Assembly (NCBI GenBank): GCA_045597345.1
Contig: JAZLJW010000047.1
Location: forward strand, 26,437 to 90,436
Length of the DNA: 64,000 nucleotides
Direction of reading: 5' to 3'
From: Treponemataceae bacterium
Lineage (GTDB): Bacteria; Spirochaetota; Spirochaetia; Treponematales; Treponemataceae
In this document: one piece after another, positions 62,598 to 64,000 of the stretch
Layout of the letters: each line of letters starts with the position of its first letter
Position numbering within the stretch: the first letter of the stretch is position 1
The notes under the pieces: model-generated
Seen by the model: the letters and a program-made list of their open reading frames with translations, nothing else
Database searches by the model: none
What the model was told of the DNA's origin: nothing
Position numbers and translations under genes: made by a program

Positions 62598-62600
62598 GCT

Positions 62601-63656
62601 ATGAGCAATAAAATCTTAATGAAAGGTAACGAAGCAATCGGTGAAGCTGCTCTCTTAGCTGGCTGCCGTTTTTACTTCGCCTATCCTATTACCCCTCAGA
62701 ACGAAATACCTGCCTATCTGTCAAAACGCCTTCCTCAGGTTGGTGGAACATTCCTGCAGGCAGAAAGTGAACTTGCTGCAATCAACATGGTTATGGGAGC
62801 TTCTGCTGCCGGTGCCCGTGTCATGACTTCTTCTTCTTCACCGGGTATCTCCCTCAAACAGGAAGGTATTTCATATCTGTCCGGTGCCCAGCTGCCAGCT
62901 GTTGTGGTAAACATGATGCGCGGTGGTCCTGGTCTCGGTAACATTTCCGGTGCTCAGGGTGACTATTTCCAGGCTACCCGTGGCGGTGGTAACGGTGACT
63001 ATCATGTAGTAGTACTGGCTCCCGGAACCGTTCAGGAACTGGCAGACTATACCGTAAAGGCTTTTGAAATTGCCGATAAATACCGCTGTGTTGTCATGCT
63101 TCTTGGTGACGGTTACCTGGGACAGATGGCAGAACCTTGTGTTCTTCCTGAACCGGTAAAAGATATTCCTGCAAAACCATGGGCACTGACCGGTAAAACT
63201 GCAGACCGCGCACAGAACAAACTGGCTTCTCTGCGTCTGGGCTACGATACCCAGCTGTCTGAACATACCCACGCTCTGTTTGAAAACTATGCAGAAATTG
63301 CAAAGAACGAAACCCAGTATGAAAACTTCATGTGCGATGATGCCGATGTAGTGCTCTGTGCCTACGGAACTTCTGCCCGCGTATGTAAGAAAGCCGTTAA
63401 GATACTCCGCGAACAGGGTGTTAAAGCAGGTCTGTTCCGTCCTATTACTCTGTGGCCATTCCCTGAAGAAGCTCTTGAAGCAGCCTGTGCCAACGCAAAA
63501 AAAGTACTGACTGTAGAAATGAGTATGGGTCAGCTGCTGCAGGATGTTCGCCTGAACTGTGGAAAGAAAAAGGCTGACGTAGACTTCTATGGTGAAGCCG
63601 GCGGTATCATTCCTAAACTTGATGTAATCGTAGAGAAGGTTAAGAGCTATGTCTAA
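62601..63656 (+). CDS. korA: 2-oxoacid:ferredoxin oxidoreductase alpha subunit
   Basis: 'MKGNEAIGEAALLAGCRFYFAYPITPQNEI' is typical of KorA/PorA N-termini. Confidence 0.8.
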   Translation: MSNKILMKGNEAIGEAALLAGCRFYFAYPITPQNEIPAYLSKRLPQVGGTFLQAESELAAINMVMGASAAGARVMTSSSSPGISLKQEGISYLSGAQLPAVVVNMMRGGPGLGNISGAQGDYFQATRGGGNGDYHVVVLAPGTVQELADYTVKAFEIADKYRCVVMLLGDGYLGQMAEPCVLPEPVKDIPAKPWALTGKTADRAQNKLASLRLGYDTQLSEHTHALFENYAEIAKNETQYENFMCDDADVVLCAYGTSARVCKKAVKILREQGVKAGLFRPITLWPFPEEALEAACANAKKVLTVEMSMGQLLQDVRLNCGKKKADVDFYGEAGGIIPKLDVIVEKVKSYV

Positions 63657-64000
63657 AGTATATTCATTCCCAAAATCAATGAAAGACCAGAAAACCCACT
63701 ATTGTGCCGGTTGTGGTCACGGAATTGTACATAAACTGGTTGCCCAGGTAATGGACGAAATGGGCATTCAGGAAGACGTTCTGCTGGTTTGTCCGGTAGG
63801 ATGTGCCGTATTTGCTTACAACTATCTTGATGTAGATGCTGTAGAAGCTGCCCACGGACGTGCTCCTGCCATCAGTACCGGTCTGAAACGCGTTCATCCT
63901 GATAAAACCGTTCTCTGCTATCAGGGTGACGGTGACCTTCTGGCCATAGGGACAGCAGAAACTGTTCATGCAGCAAACCGCGGTGAAAACATCACCGTTA
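63649..64000 (+). CDS. korB: 2-oxoacid:ferredoxin oxidoreductase beta (TPP-binding) subunit, 3' end outside the window
   Basis: My own translation from the ATG at 63649: 'MSKVYSFPKSMKDQKTHYCAGCGHGIVH...YQGDGDLLAIG'. It is open to the window end and overlaps the korA stop by 8 nt. It is absent from the ORF track because it has no stop. Confidence 0.8.
   Translation, partial: MSKVYSFPKSMKDQKTHYCAGCGHGIVHKLVAQVMDEMGIQEDVLLVCPVGCAVFAYNYLDVDAVEAAHGRAPAISTGLKRVHPDKTVLCYQGDGDLLAIGTAETVHAANRGENITV

Noticed and set aside
63676-63969. 97-aa minus-strand ORF in the supplied track
   Set aside because: It is antisense to the korB reading frame. That frame runs open from 63649 to the window end and carries the GDGD TPP motif.

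Overview
The window looks like a chromosomal segment of a spirochaete, probably a Treponema-like gut or rumen organism. That placement is an inference from the cheA / cheW-cheR-like / cheX / cheY operon layout and overall gene content. No homology search was possible, so every call rests on motifs read in the supplied translations and on repeats read in the DNA.

Layout:
- 1-8.7 kb: a decayed defence/mobilome-type patch. It holds three NTPase plus PD-(D/E)xK-tail genes, a truncated DNA methyltransferase, a GIY-YIG protein and an Rpn-like nuclease.
- 8.8-21.9 kb: a sugar-catabolic locus. It carries a GPH symporter, a type-B carboxylesterase, an ABC binding protein with two permeases, an AraC regulator, a FucI-like isomerase, a DUF4867-like protein, a beta-hydroxyacid dehydrogenase, a TalC/FSA-type transaldolase and a YihQ-like GH31. 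The gene set strongly resembles a sulfoquinovose sulfo-TAL cluster. However, the GH31 seems to lack the sulfonate-binding Arg.
- 22.1-30.3 kb: the most unusual block, and my best candidate for an undescribed system. It holds a classical AAA+ ATPase, a sigma-like/HTH/WYL fusion protein plus a Zn-ribbon protein, a divergent sigma-70-family gene, 35-bp tandem repeats, a MoxR-like ATPase abutting an HExxH-peptidase/vWA protein, and small ORFs.
- 30.4-35.6 kb: UPF0210 plus an ACT-domain protein, an alanine/glycine symporter and two secreted proteins.
- 35.6-41 kb: a GT8/acyltransferase cluster that encodes the same domain pair three times, as fused, split and fused genes.
- 41-48 kb: a reverse rubrerythrin, a tandemly duplicated HTH-cupin plus acyl-CoA synthetase module, and dapL.
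- 48-64 kb: two beta-barrel-like proteins, the chemotaxis operon, efp-epmA, cheB, a PP-loop ATPase, a uridine-kinase-like protein, cimA and korDAB (korB runs off the right edge).

The intergenic DNA is unusually rich in several families of short structured repeats. One family of ~125-155 nt nested palindromes shows compensatory stem changes between its three copies. No rRNA genes, CRISPR array, integrase or classical IS were seen, and no tRNA was spotted in the intergenic regions I read closely (no systematic tRNA scan was possible).
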